Program-made: the position numbers and the translations under genes
Notes under the pieces: model-generated
Databases searched by the model: none
What the model saw: the letters and a program-made list of their open reading frames with translations, nothing else
What the model was told of the DNA's origin: nothing
Shown: one piece after another, positions 1 to 12,600 of the stretch
Layout: every line of letters starts with the position of its first letter
Numbering within the stretch: the first letter of the stretch is position 1
From: Kudoa neothunni
Taxonomy: Eukaryota; Animalia; Cnidaria
Assembly: GCA_964304625.1 (NCBI GenBank)
Contig: OZ199839.1
Span: 2,947,223-3,011,222, forward strand
Direction of reading: 5' to 3'
Length of the DNA stretch: 64,000 nt

Positions 1-530
1 GTGGATGTTTCAATGCCAATTCTGGTCTAACTCAAAAAGTTTTTGCCATGCTTCTCTGCGAAGATAAAAAAAGATATAGAAATAGAAGAAAATTTACGAT
101 AATTGATTCTTAACGCTCAAATTATTATCCCTTGTCCCGGCATGAACATTAATGCACTATTTCTCACAAACAATTTCGGATCGAGTCAATATCAACATAA
201 ATAATTCAAATAATTAGATGATGTAAAAGTACAACCACCTGAATTGAATTTAATCACAGAAACTTAAACTTACCGAGTGACCTCCACAAGATCCACAGAC
301 CCAGCATTTGCATTATAATGCTTCAGTCTATCCTATTATAGCATGCTCTGCCAATTAGTTATTCATAAAACATATATAGATTTTTTATCACATATCAAAC
401 CATTAATAGAACTTTAAAATATACTTATCAAGTCATGTACGTTAAAACTCCACAAATAAGCAGTGTATTTGCACAAAACCCCAAATATACACGCTAACAT
501 TATATAAAAAGTCAGATGATATCGCCTAAT
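1..530 (-). CDS. Unidentified intron-containing gene, partial, runs off the left edge
   Basis: Minus-strand segments bounded by AG/GT are open in one frame: 274-332 (DRLKHYNANAGSVDLVEVT), ~98-156 joined to 1-26 (CINVHAGTRDNNLSVKNQLSPELALKHP), and a hydrophobic segment near 425-525. No family recognised. Confidence 0.4.
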
Positions 531-1042
531 TTAAATTTGATATAGTATACAAGGAGGTAAGTTAACTTCAACCTACTATCAGCAGATCATAAGCATGTGT
601 AAATCAATTGTTGAACCCAAGCAATCCGATCAACAAACTTTTAATCGACAAAATCACAATTTTTTAAACACTTTCGGAACATTTCATAGTGTGAAAATGA
701 TTGAAAGATTTTTAAAAACATTATGATTTTTAAAAAATTTCATAAATGTCACGCTATAAGGAAAACATGTTTGCGCGCGTGCGTATTTGACGACACACAC
801 ATGGACACTTAAGCTTTATACGTATAGTAGATAAGCATACTCTTCCGTGTGAAAGATATATTTAGTGTATTAGAAAAATGAACATATATAACAAGAAATT
901 GCTGTATATGACAAACTTTAGGAGAGATGTAAAATCTTTTGTAAATATGGCGTTATTAGCTTCATATGTCACAAATAAGTCCAATCGGCGTGCTTATCAT
1001 ATATAGAAAACTCTATACTTTCACTAACGGATTCTCATTATA

Positions 1043-2660
1043 CAGTAAGTAACAAACTTTCCTCGCGCGCAAAAATAAAAAAATAAACCTATTTAAAGAA
1101 ATTAATTTCATTTATACAATCATCTACTTTTATCGAAATAATGTGTTATTTGTAATTATATTTTTAAACACTTAAATGAATCTTTCGATGATATAAATTC
1201 TATTTATCGTTTATCTTCAGTTGCAAAATTATCAGATTCAACAACCAAAGGAGTAAGCTCGTCAAAGTGTTTCGATGTAGGCATTAATGACTTCCTCTTG
1301 AATGAATAATCTTGGAATTTCCAGCTGATAATTCTTTATTGCTAAAATTAATATTTGATGAACGCTTGTATTCATTGGTTGCAGGAAACCGATATTTTCT
1401 GAAGCAATTAAATACAATATCCTTTGAAACACACACCGTCCCATGATTTTTTAATTAGGAACGATGTTTTAAGCGAATCTTGGGAGGGATGTATATCACT
1501 GCTAACTGCAGCCATATGGCTTTCTATTAAATTATTTTTGTAATTTTATTTGAATGAGAAAATGACTCCATGGTCTAATAGTTGCAAAACGCTAGTTGAA
1601 TTTTTTTGTAAGGGATATAAGAGAGATATTGGATAAATGAATTTCGGCGTGGCAAGTGGTATTATTAAGAAGTGGTAAACTTTCTTGTATTTCGCTTTGA
1701 ATACGTTGTCAAACTTAGAAAAATATTTGTTAAATGTTTCTCTAAGCATCCATTCTTTCCTCTTTGATTTGTATTTTACTATAAATGTTTTATTTAGCAT
1801 TTTTAAAACAACGTGGTTTTTGTGATTTCCAATCACAAGAGATTCAATGAAATCTCCAGGTAGATGTATGCAGCAAACCAGTAACTATTTTTTAGATTTT
1901 TTTCTCCCGACAAAACATAGCAGTAAAAATAATGGACCTCTTTGTTGTTAATAAAATAATGCAGTATCGTCAAGCTTATAGATACGGTCATCGTTGTTAC
2001 CTGTGACTTTGTCAACACAAGCAGCATCACCATGGGTAATGATATTTTTAAATTCCATCGTGATTTAAAACCATGAAATCAATCATGAGTCATTAATATG
2101 CTTAGCTTCAATTGGTTTCTTTCATATACGATACCATGAAAAGATAGTTCAAATATTTTTATCTCAAATAACTCACCCAGTCATATACTAAAGTTTCGAT
2201 GTTGTGATTTGAACATTGTTTAAAATTTTTTCTCTCTGAAGAAGCCAAATCAATTTATAAGATAAAACCATATCTTTCTTTATAATCAAGTTGATATCTA
2301 GAGGAGAAATAGAAGGGAGCTTAAATTTACGAAAAGTGATATTTTTGCACTCCTGTTTAGTATACTTTAAAAAAATCAATAAATTTTTATTTTAGTTTTA
2401 TTATTTCCCCCTTTTTAAATTTTCTACACATTATAAATGAAAAAAAAATGCACACCACTAAATCAGCCTATAGCTGAAAAGTTACGGATAATTGGTTAAG
2501 CGCCAATAATAGGAAAAAATCACTTTCCAATGTTCAATTTTTAAAATTTTTGTAAATTATTATTAAAATCGACAAATAAAATCAAATGTATGGTTTAAAA
2601 TATTAGAGTAATATTTTAAGGGGAGAAAGTCTGAAGTTGCCGAACATTGGTTACCTACTG
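1043..2660 (-). mobile_element. Decayed pogo/Tigger-type (CENP-B HTH + DDE_1) DNA transposon
   Basis: Broken ORFs 1262-2379 contain DDE_1-like motifs (EWMLRETFNKYF; NSTSVLQLLDHGVIFSFK ~ NTTSxLQPLDQGII) and a CENP-B HTH remnant near 2030-2070. Imperfect TIRs CAGTAAGTAACAAACTTTC (1043) and CAGTAGGTAACCAATGTTC (reverse complement, ending 2660), each flanked by TA. Confidence 0.8.
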
Positions 2661-4049
2661 TATATACACAGCAAAAATTTATTTTAAGCAACTATCAATC
2701 TGAAATAAATAAACATAAGTCACAAACATAAACAGATAAGTATTACAATAATTAGCCGATAGTATGCAGTAAAAATGTGCGCTCAGTTATTTTTGTGTTT
2801 TTTCTACTTTTCAGCTTTAGTAATACAACTTCTTTTTAAATTAGAATAGCTCAAAATTCATTATTAAGTTTATTTATTCGAAAAATAATTTGTAAATTTT
2901 GTTTAAACCATATTTGTTGATAAAATATTTATAACATTTTACATTGGGATAAAATTTAGTAAATAGTCAGTTCTATGAAATTATAAATGTTATTTTATTT
3001 CTTATTTATTTTTAACCACATATGAAAAAAAAAAGTTTTTATGTTTTGATTCTAAAAATATTAAAAAATTTCACCTTACTATTTAATTTTGATATAGTGT
3101 ATACTGCAAAATGTCTAATGACGACTATCATTGTGCTTTTAAATATATTTTGGGATAATTTTCTATTATTCCTAATATTCGTACGAAAATTCAACAGTTG
3201 AAATTTAAATTTTACCCTCGTTCCCAATAAACAAAAATAAAATACGTGTTATCCGTTAATCCCGTGATATACCATATTGGAATTTTCCTAGGTTAATTTA
3301 AAAATATTTTGAAGAATTTTACCTTCTTACAATCATGAAAACATTATAAAATGTATCATTTAATATAAACTTAGAATACGTTGTATTAATGAAAGTGCAT
3401 ATTATCTGAATATTCTTAATTGAATAAACAAATTTTTTAATGTTATATTCTTCCCAAAGGATTTAGAATTTTATATTTATTCAAATTTTCCATCGGAACT
3501 TGCATATCTGCGGACACACAAATATATGACTATCTATATACTGTGAAACGAGTGTTGTACGCACTCGCCAAATTTTTGACATTAAACTAAATTTGAATGT
3601 TCTAATTCTTATTTATAATAACGAAAATATTTTTATCTATCAAATAACTAAAAATAAAAAAATTTCGTTCCCTTTGAAAAAAAATAAATCAGAAGCATGA
3701 CTCGTATGTAATGCAACGGTTCTATGTAATGAGACTCCATTCCTGACTCATTATTTACGACCCTGGTTGTATTTCATTTTAGTTAAAAAAGCAATCCACG
3801 ATTTTATTTCATAAAATATTTGAAAAAGTGATAATATATATTTTTAGAAGTTTTTAAAATATTGGATCGACTATATATTCAGTAATTCCATAAATGACAT
3901 CATGTAATATGGTGTGCGCATACGCAGACGATAAAGCAATATTTTTACTACAGCGTATGTGTATGGATTACTTTTGGGATCACATATTTTCTATAAACAT
4001 AACTCAAAATTTAGCTCATGTAGTAAAATTAATTTTTTATTTAATTTGC

Positions 4050-5133
4050 GTCTAAAATGATCAAAAACATCATACATAATCCTGGCATAAACTATTGCAA
4101 AAAACAAATAACATAGATACGTATGAAATCTTCATTAGGGAGGAAACGACAAGTGAGAAATCCATCTAAATATGCTGTAATTCACTAACATGACGAAAAT
4201 TATCGGATTTTGTTGTTACCTCAATATTTTCCATAACATTAAATGTGAAACTCACATTATTTGGAGAAATTTATGTAATGATAATAAATCACGATATATC
4301 TTTCCTTCTTCCAGCCCAAATACCTCTTTAACCGATTCTCGATTATCCCTGTGATATCCCATCAGAAATAAACAACAAATGAACCCATCCAATTCGATCC
4401 ATCTATCACCAAAAATTTTTCCACCGATGAACTTGGTATTTTAAAATAATTTCGTACATAACAGAATTAGATATTAATCTGAAAATATCAACTGTATTTT
4501 GTAATAAAAACGGAGAAACACCAGAATGACTACTGACTATTCATAATATTTGCAATACATGTTCTAGAATCTAGATGCCAACGGCGGGTTCATCGACCAT
4601 AACATTCCATTCTGGTGTATTAATGAGTTTAGTTGTATATTTGTATCGATATCGAATTTTTTTTAACGATAAATAATCAAGAAACGAAGAAAATGAATCT
4701 GAAGACTAGGTATCGGAGTAATTACTATTAAGATCACTTGAACACATCATTGAAATTAATTATAGTTCATACACAATATAGATTAAAATATGATATTCAT
4801 GCAATAAAAACAAATTTACTGGATAGAATTTTTTCAAAGTTTTCCCAAACATTTAATTTAAATCAATATTTTGGATAATTAGATGAAAAAAATCGTGGAA
4901 TTCAAAAGACCCCAATTCTATCTTTTATTTTTTACATATTACATAGGAGGTGTTGAGCATTAACTTTTGTTCTACGGAATGAAAAAGTTTTGTAATTAGT
5001 GGAATGTTACTACAGAACATTTTAGAAAAATAGACTGACTGCCAAAAATTTCTCACAAGTTCATGTGATAGAAAATTGATAACTAATTATAATTGGGCTC
5101 ATTTGGACCCCAGTTATAATTATACTTAGGGGG
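4050..5133 (-). mobile_element. piggyBac transposon remnant (5' end plus decayed transposase)
   Basis: Terminus CTTAGGGGG|TTAA at 5125-5137 with subterminal palindrome GGGCTCATTTGGACCCC (5095-5111). The minus strand near 4310-4420 reads GKIFGDRWIELDGFICCLFLMGYHRD, homologous to the piggyBac fragment at 49710. Other end not found. Confidence 0.65.
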
Positions 5134-5643
5134 TTAATCAAAAAGATTTTCTTCCTAAATATCAAACACGTTGTCTATGAAAACTACGACATTTCCTCTC
5201 GCTTCGAAGTTTAATTTACCCCTATGAGTGGCACAATGATACTTTTTGCGTAAGTGGTCCAAAACTAATTTATAGCTTATCGTTCATTTAAAAAACTGGG
5301 GAAAATTATAGATTATCTTTCACGCAATAAAAATATTTTGATAAAAACAGAATAAGTTATTCTCAGTTTTATGCTGTTTTGTTAACGATCCTACGATGGC
5401 TACTGGCCAAACAAACACGACGGATATTTCGGAGTTTGTCGCTATACATCGACAACGTGTATTTGATTGGCGTCATTTTTAGGGCTTATTTTAACCGAAT
5501 TACATCCTCATTAGGCCACACAAGAAAAATGACTTCCGTAAATTTTAAACTTTAACGATGTGAGGTTTGATTAAAAATTACATATTCAGCATTCCAACGT
5601 AAATGGAAAAGATAACGCTGTTGAAAATTTGAGAGTTCAAATT

Positions 5644-7774
5644 ATGGATAAATTTTATTTGGGTGATGATAGTCTAGTTGTGGATGAGAATTTTAAACAG
5701 TTACAACAACTAAATGCCAAGCTTTCTTATCAACGTCATGCTTTATCACGTTCGTTTGCCGAGCAGCAACCTGCCACCATGATTTCACTTGATGTTTTAT
5801 CCTGTATCAAATACCTATTTTATCATTCGATACAAAAGAACGGATTCAGTTGTGACAATCCCAACAGTCTTCTTATTCAACCCTCAACTACCAAAATATC
5901 TGATTTCCAATGTAATGACGCATTTCGAATTCAGAAACACCATAAAGATATGACCGCCAGTCAAATATCTGAAGCTATTATTACCGGAATACCTGAGAAT
6001 GATGTGATTGGGCGGTTATGGTCGACAGGACCTGGATTCATCAATATAAATCTCAAGAAACAATTCTATTCCCATTTTATTTGTGACATAATACTGAATG
6101 AGAATAAAAACGATTCGAGTAACAATCCTATCAAACCTCCAGGTTTCAATAAAAGACACGTTTTGGTTGACTTTTCCTCACCCAACGTTGCCAAAGAAAT
6201 GCATGTGGGTCATCTGCGATCCACCATTATTGGTGACACTATCTGTAGATTGTACGAGTATTTGGGATGTGAGGTATCTCGAATCAACCATGTTGGTGAT
6301 TGGGGTACACAATTTGGTATGTTGATTGCGTATGTTGAGCACAAATTCGGTTCAATCAGCTCCTGCCCGTCCACTATCTCCGAGCTGCAAACCTTCTACA
6401 AAGTATTGTCATGTTGCTAGCGAAAGATTTAATTGTATTGAAGGAATCAAAAGTGCTATTTGATTCCAACGAGGAATTTAAGAAGAAAGCCTACAGCATG
6501 GTTGTGAAACTTCAGGCTCACGATCCTGATGTTTTAGATGTTTGGAAGATGATATGTGCAACCTCGAGAAATGGTAGATTTTGCTTTTTTATTTTATAAA
6601 CTTAATGTGTTTTTTTAGAATTTACTCGTATATATGATTTGCTCGACATTAGGTTGACTGAGATGGGTGAGTCATTCTATCAAAATCTTATGGTTGGCAT
6701 TGTACAAGAACTCACCGAAAAAGGTAATAATGAAGAGCTGTAAATGTTTCCGCAATTTTATGATTTGTTGTTTTAGGATTGTTGGTGGTGGATGACAATT
6801 GCAGAGTTGTTCCAATGAAAGAGATCAATTTACCACCATTATTTGTTGTCAAATCGGATGGTGGTTTCACCTATGATACGTCTGATCTTGCTGCGTTGAG
6901 ATATCGACTTTTGGAAATGAAGGCCGAATGTGTGCTCTATGTGGTTGATAATGGACAAAGTGATCATTTTAAAGCGATTTTCCATGCGGCATCATTGGCT
7001 GGTTGGCTCAACAAAGGATCGGTCTATCCTCGAGTTGAACACATTGGTTTTGGAGTTGTGCTTGGGGAGGATAAGAAAAAATTCAAAACTCGTTCAGGAG
7101 ACACTATCAAATTGATTAGTCTACTAAATGAGGGGATAACTCGTGCGAGAAAGAAGCTCCTCGAGAGAACTCCTCCTCTTGATTGGCCTGAACAAGAAAT
7201 CGAAGCCACCGCAGAAAAATTAGCATTTTCCTGTATAAAATACGCCGATCTCAGCCACAATCGAATTAGTGATTATGTGTTTTCTTTTGAGAAAATGTTA
7301 GAGGATCGTGGCAATACTGCGTTCTATCTTTGCTATGCTTTCACTCGTATCAAGTCCATCATTAGAAAATCCAAACTTACCAACCAACAAATTATCGACT
7401 TCGTTAGTAAATGTGTTAAAGATTGTGTCGATGATGGTGGAGAATCAGGTGTTACTGTTTTCAATGACAATATTCCTCTGGATTTTGAACATCCTTCTGA
7501 TATTGCTCTCGCAAAACACCTAGTCAAGTATCCTATTGTTGTGAAGAGAATGGCTGCCGAATTACTGCCAAATCAGATGTGTGATTATATCTACGAGCTG
7601 GCAACAATTTTCATGGATTTCTATGAAAAATGCTACTGCTTCTCCACTGACAAACAAACCAAAGAAATTGTTGACATTAATATGAAACGTATAGCATTGG
7701 TGTATGCAGCTGGAAAAGTGTTCCATTCCGGCTTCAGTTTGTTGGGTCTAAGTACGAGTATTGAGCGTATGTAA
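5644..7774 (+). CDS. RARS1: Cytosolic arginyl-tRNA synthetase, 4 exons (5644-6402, 6444-6573, 6619-6723, 6777-7774)
   Basis: [23 protein letters not shown] (HIGH motif), [40 protein letters not shown]-terminal ERM. Three GT-AG introns of 41, 45 and 53 nt keep the frame. N-terminal leucine-zipper-like extension typical of metazoan ArgRS. Confidence 0.97.
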
Positions 7775-8445
7775 CCTTACACTGTTAAGCAATAACGCTA
7801 ATCCAGTTCCAGTTAGACAGCGTTTTCATTAATTTTCGTTTATTTTTTGTAATTTTTTGCGTTGATCGTTCTTAGCATTTGCGGATTTTTACTTGTTGGT
7901 ATAAAATCAAACCTATTGGGGGATTTCTGGTTTTCTTGGCGCATATTTATGTATTGATACATATCGATTGATCTATTTCTCTTGACTATACGTTATAGAT
8001 TTAATTTAATATACGCTACTGTATTTCGATAAATTTATTAGTCTTTTATTTTTTAAGAAAGAGAAGCCACAACTCAGACTATAGATATGAGAGTAATTAT
8101 GTATGCAATGTAAAAATGTTATGGGAACTATAATTCTTCTAATTATCGGAAGACAATTGTAGTTTACCAGTACACTTTAATCTTCAGCGTCGTTTATAAC
8201 TCCCATAACTACAAATTGTAGGTTACGAATACATTTTAGTCGTGAGAATTTGCCGCATTTACTGATTGATCTTCTTTTAGAAGAATGTAATGATAGGTCA
8301 TAATTGCATGTAACGGATTAAATTTTCATGGGTAGTAGATGCTTTCTTACAAAAGTATTTGGACTGATTGTATATTTAATATTGGAAATTTCATTGAAAT
8401 TGTAGGGAGGAAATGAGCTGATGGTTACCTTTTTAGTGACGACTA

Positions 8446-9430
8446 TAGTGTAACCTCGGACTTCGACCATAATCCGTTCTATAAGTGTGTTTAAACTCTG
8501 AATAAATTTATCCGGTGCAAAATGATGAAAATTAGTTTAGTCCGTTACCACGCATCAAATAAATTATTATTTTTATTCTTATTAATGGAAAAACATTCAT
8601 ACCTTGTGTTTATAAAATATAACAAATAAATATTAAATGTAATAATAAAGATGAAATACAGAACAAATATTTTTTGGTTTTCATACGATAGATTATAAAA
8701 CAGGAGTCGGTAACCTTTTTGGGTGACGGGCAGAACAGACATACCCCAACATCAATTCGGCCCGTATTAAATTAATTTATAAAATAGATAATAATCTTAA
8801 CTCAAATTTTGAATTTAAATATATAAATTAGAATTAATACAAGTCATTTAAATTATAAAGCATGACAAATCAAAAGTATTATATAACAACAATTCTCACT
8901 TGCAGCGTAACCAACTCATGCTTAACTTGTGAAATAACGGTTTATGGGACGATATCATATAACATGAGTTATACCTTTATGTCTTTTTAAAAATATATTA
9001 TACTTTTATAGAAAAAATTTTAACAGTCATATTTATTCCGGTTTCTGCTTAGATTAAAATGAATTTTAGTAGGCTAATATGTTCACTCTATAGCATATTA
9101 ATCTTTAAAAAACGATATAGATAAAAACTTTAAAATTATTTACGTATTTTAGATATTCAGAAAAATTTGAAGTCAGTCAATGCATGGTAGGCAGGTTAAG
9201 GATAACTGTTGGGTCGTAGGTTACCGACCTCTGTTATAAAGGGTTCCCTTTCGGTGACGTTCGCACAATTTGATTGATCGACTCTTCTTCCAGAATTTAT
9301 TTTCTTCTCTGTTTTTTGCTCCAACTGGGTTTGTTCTGAATACCTTTCTATATGTACTCGAATTCAAAAGTGTTTTTAACTCAAAATTTTTGGTCGAAAT
9401 CCGATTTGTACGAGCTCCAAGGTTGCACTG
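8446..9430. mobile_element. Tigger/pogo-like MITE, interrupted by a hAT MITE
   Basis: TIRs TAGTGTAACCTCGGA (8446) and TCCAAGGTTGCACTG (ending 9430), TA on both flanks, no ORF. Confidence 0.65.
8701..9233. mobile_element. hAT (Buster/Charlie-type) MITE
   Basis: TIRs CAGGAGTCGGTAACCT ... AGGTTACCGACCTCTG; 8-bp TSD TTATAAAA/TTATAAAG with central TA. Confidence 0.85.

Positions 9431-9468
<38 letters not shown>
9431..9468. repeat. Compound (TA)n(TG)n microsatellite
   Basis: Read directly; begins at the TA target site of the MITE. Confidence 0.95.
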
Positions 9469-9469
<1 letters not shown>

Positions 9470-9603
9470 ATTTGAGGATTTAATTTAAATAATTATAATT
9501 TCCTGCTTGGAATATAAAAGTTCCATTTGCTAGCACGCCACAAAAATTTGGTATTGATTAAAGGAATTAATATATAAACATTTTTCTACAATAATTACCA
9601 CTA

Positions 9604-12600
9604 TTAAGAAAGAGGGATGGATTGGGTTGATTTCGCAAACATATCTCCAGATACTTGGCACAAGCAGTACGCATCGGATACATCTTGTTTGTAATCTATT
9701 TGGAAATTTGTTACATTGAATCCCAGAATATAGGTGGCGTTGAGCGATTTGGCGTATGCTCTAGCGATTTCTTGTACGTCATCAAAGAAGCTGTTGATGA
9801 ATGATACAATACCAATCGAGTTACTACTCTACAGAACAGATCAAATTCTGCAGGTGCTATAAAACAAGCTCACTTTTTTGAGATCAGTTATCTCTCTTAT
9901 GAAAATAAAATTAAGTATGCCAACATGTTCGAAGCGCTGGTTATCTTCAAGGATAGGAAAATAATGTGAGCATGTTATTGTAACGTCACTCTAATGCGAT
10001 AATTAAACAAAATTACAGTCTTGAATTTGATAAAAACCGTACAAAATCAATATCGACGTCGGCGAAGCTCTCAAACCGCGAGGAACAACTGCTATCGGCG
10101 TTTGTGCTGCATTCTTCAGTTCCAGAGCGACTTGCTAAAACAAACATGCAGTCTACACATCCAATCGCCAAGCTTGGTCCCACTTACAAAAGGTTTCATG
10201 GAAAGAGGTGATAGAAGTCAGATTTAATGTTTTCAAAAATTCTTCATAATTCTGCATTATATCACTTTTTTCTTGCTCATTCTCAACAGCAATGTCATTA
10301 GATTCTCCCTCGGTTGAAATGGGCTCCCTTGACAACAAAATGGAATAATCCGAGAAACTAACACTGCAATCGACATTTGCAAAGATTCTCAAAAAGAACG
10401 AATCCTCATGTTTCATAATTTCCATATGTATATTATTAATGGAACATTTGTTGAAATGCCTCAATTTAAAATAGAGATACTTGTTTTTATAAACAAAATA
10501 AATATAAAAAATCAATGCAAAAAATTACTTTTATTGAGTGATTGATTTCATTTTCCATTTTTACGTTAAATTCACTGTTGTAAAAGCTATCGTTTGATTC
10601 GTGCTCAGGTACATAGAGGCATGACGTATCAAAGGACATGGTCCTTATAAGATTTACCACCTGAATTTGAGTGGGAAAATAACCACTCAAGGATTTACAT
10701 TAAAAAATTACGAATGAATGGTTGGAATATTGATGTCCTGAATCATTGTCGGTAGTAGTAATATTTGATGAGGGCAGAGGGTGATGAGTGTTTGTAATGT
10801 GAAAATGATTCACGTCCGAATATATTGGATCCATCAATCTGGAAAGGTATCGACTTGGTATTTCGTCATCGATCTGTTAGATAATAATGTTTAGAGCTAA
10901 AAATCACAACGAAGAAAAGTGTTTTCATACTTTAATAATAATATTTGAAGTTGTAAGTTCTCCGTCATTGGGTAGGCAGCTCGAAGAATCAAACTAAACC
11001 CACAAGGTTGTCACAGCACGAAATACACACTAAAACTTTTACTTTCGATCGAACATACTCCCTCATTTTGTCTATGTGTGAACTAATTTGAGCGGTTAAA
11101 CTACTGACAACTTCTGGGGATTTGTTCGAGGTGAGCTGACCAGAAAGTTCAATTATAGGACAGCAAGGGGTGGGCAGAGCATTAAGCAGATAGCATGTCC
11201 CTGTCTATTCGATTGAAATAATATAGATTAGGCCACATATTTCTGTTAATGCTAACACAGTATATAATTACTCCAGTAAATATAACCGATTCATCATTCA
11301 TACAAACGTCAATAGTCAAATTGAATAGACTGTTAAAACCCATCACCTAATAATCTATTAGCCTAACCAAATAATAACCACTACAAATAGACCTTAATTT
11401 TATAAATAATTTTATTCAATAAATCATAATAAGCCAATGTGAGATCCTAGAATTGAGTTGCAGTGGATTGATCCACTAAAACAAAAATAAACTTGGCTCA
11501 AATGATAACAAGAATTTTCCTTGTTGTTTTCATTAAATTTCCTGTATACACTATAGAAAATGATTATATGATGTCAAAAGGTAACGTAATGTCTCAGGTA
11601 GGGATACCTGGTTTGCATAAAACATCCCAAACCATTGGTTTCAAGTGTGTCTGGTTTTATCAGATTGCATATAATCAATTCTGGCACTGTGCCAGATCTA
11701 TTACACACATTGCTATCCAAATCTCAATTCACATTAATAATACTTGCACACACCACAGGTGAAATATTTCAGTTGAAAAACATCAGAGTTGAAATCCGGC
11801 AGCGAATGACAAGGGAAACAGTTGTATCTTTATTTTCATACATAAGATAAATCATTAAAATAATATTTAATATATTCATTTAATAAATCCTAACAATAAC
11901 TCAAAAAAATAATCCAATAAGTCAATTTTTTATTGATCAACAGCTATTTTTTAAACATGTATATTTCTTAAATATTCGCTATATTATTATAAAATTAAAT
12001 AAGTAATTAAAACCGTAAAATGTTTTTGGAAAAGTTAAAATTAATTTTATTTAAACTAGTTTTTTATTAGTAGTTTACAAAAAGGATCTCAATATTGATT
12101 ATACCTTTAAATTATTCGAAATCTATTGATGTATTTTATAATTTTAAAATATTTTAAATCCATCGCTATATCAAAGACAATGCTGTTATTGTTCCTATTT
12201 TCCATTTTAATTTGTTAATAAAAACAAATTCGATCGAAAAAGGACAAAGTTGAAATTCTTTAGATCATGTTTAATAGCCGATTAAAGTTGGAAACTTAAA
12301 TAAAATTGAATTATTCTACAATACTTGAATAATTAAAGTTTTATTCAAGTAGTGCAAATTATGAATAATAGTTAGGAGTGAATACAAAAAAAATGAAAAA
12401 ACTTAGAGTTAATTTAAAGGATGATTTAAATATGATTAGATGTGGAAAATATTAATTTAATATAAATTTGTTTATCCCTCCAGAATTCGTAGGTTTGTAT
12501 TTAAAGCTTACAACCCTATTTTAATTATAATTTTTAAATGTCATATTGGCTACATAAAACAAATTGCTCCAAATATATTTAATAATAAATAATACTAAGA

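Noticed and set aside
6098-7527. Overlapping alternative-frame and antisense ORFs within ArgRS (likewise within NOG1, the kinase and SLCO)
   Set aside because: Shadow ORFs of real coding exons with no independent signals.
8545-9488. Short hydrophobic ORFs at 8545, 9270 and similar (3039, 21580, 25874, 26061, 37659, 44380)
   Set aside because: Chance ORFs in AT-rich or TE sequence; several cross TE boundaries or microsatellites.
7775-9603. Idea that all TE tracts are integer multiples of ~1.85 kb
   Set aside because: The 999-nt, 3289-nt and ~4950-nt tracts do not fit; only the 3.7-kb intron similarity was kept.
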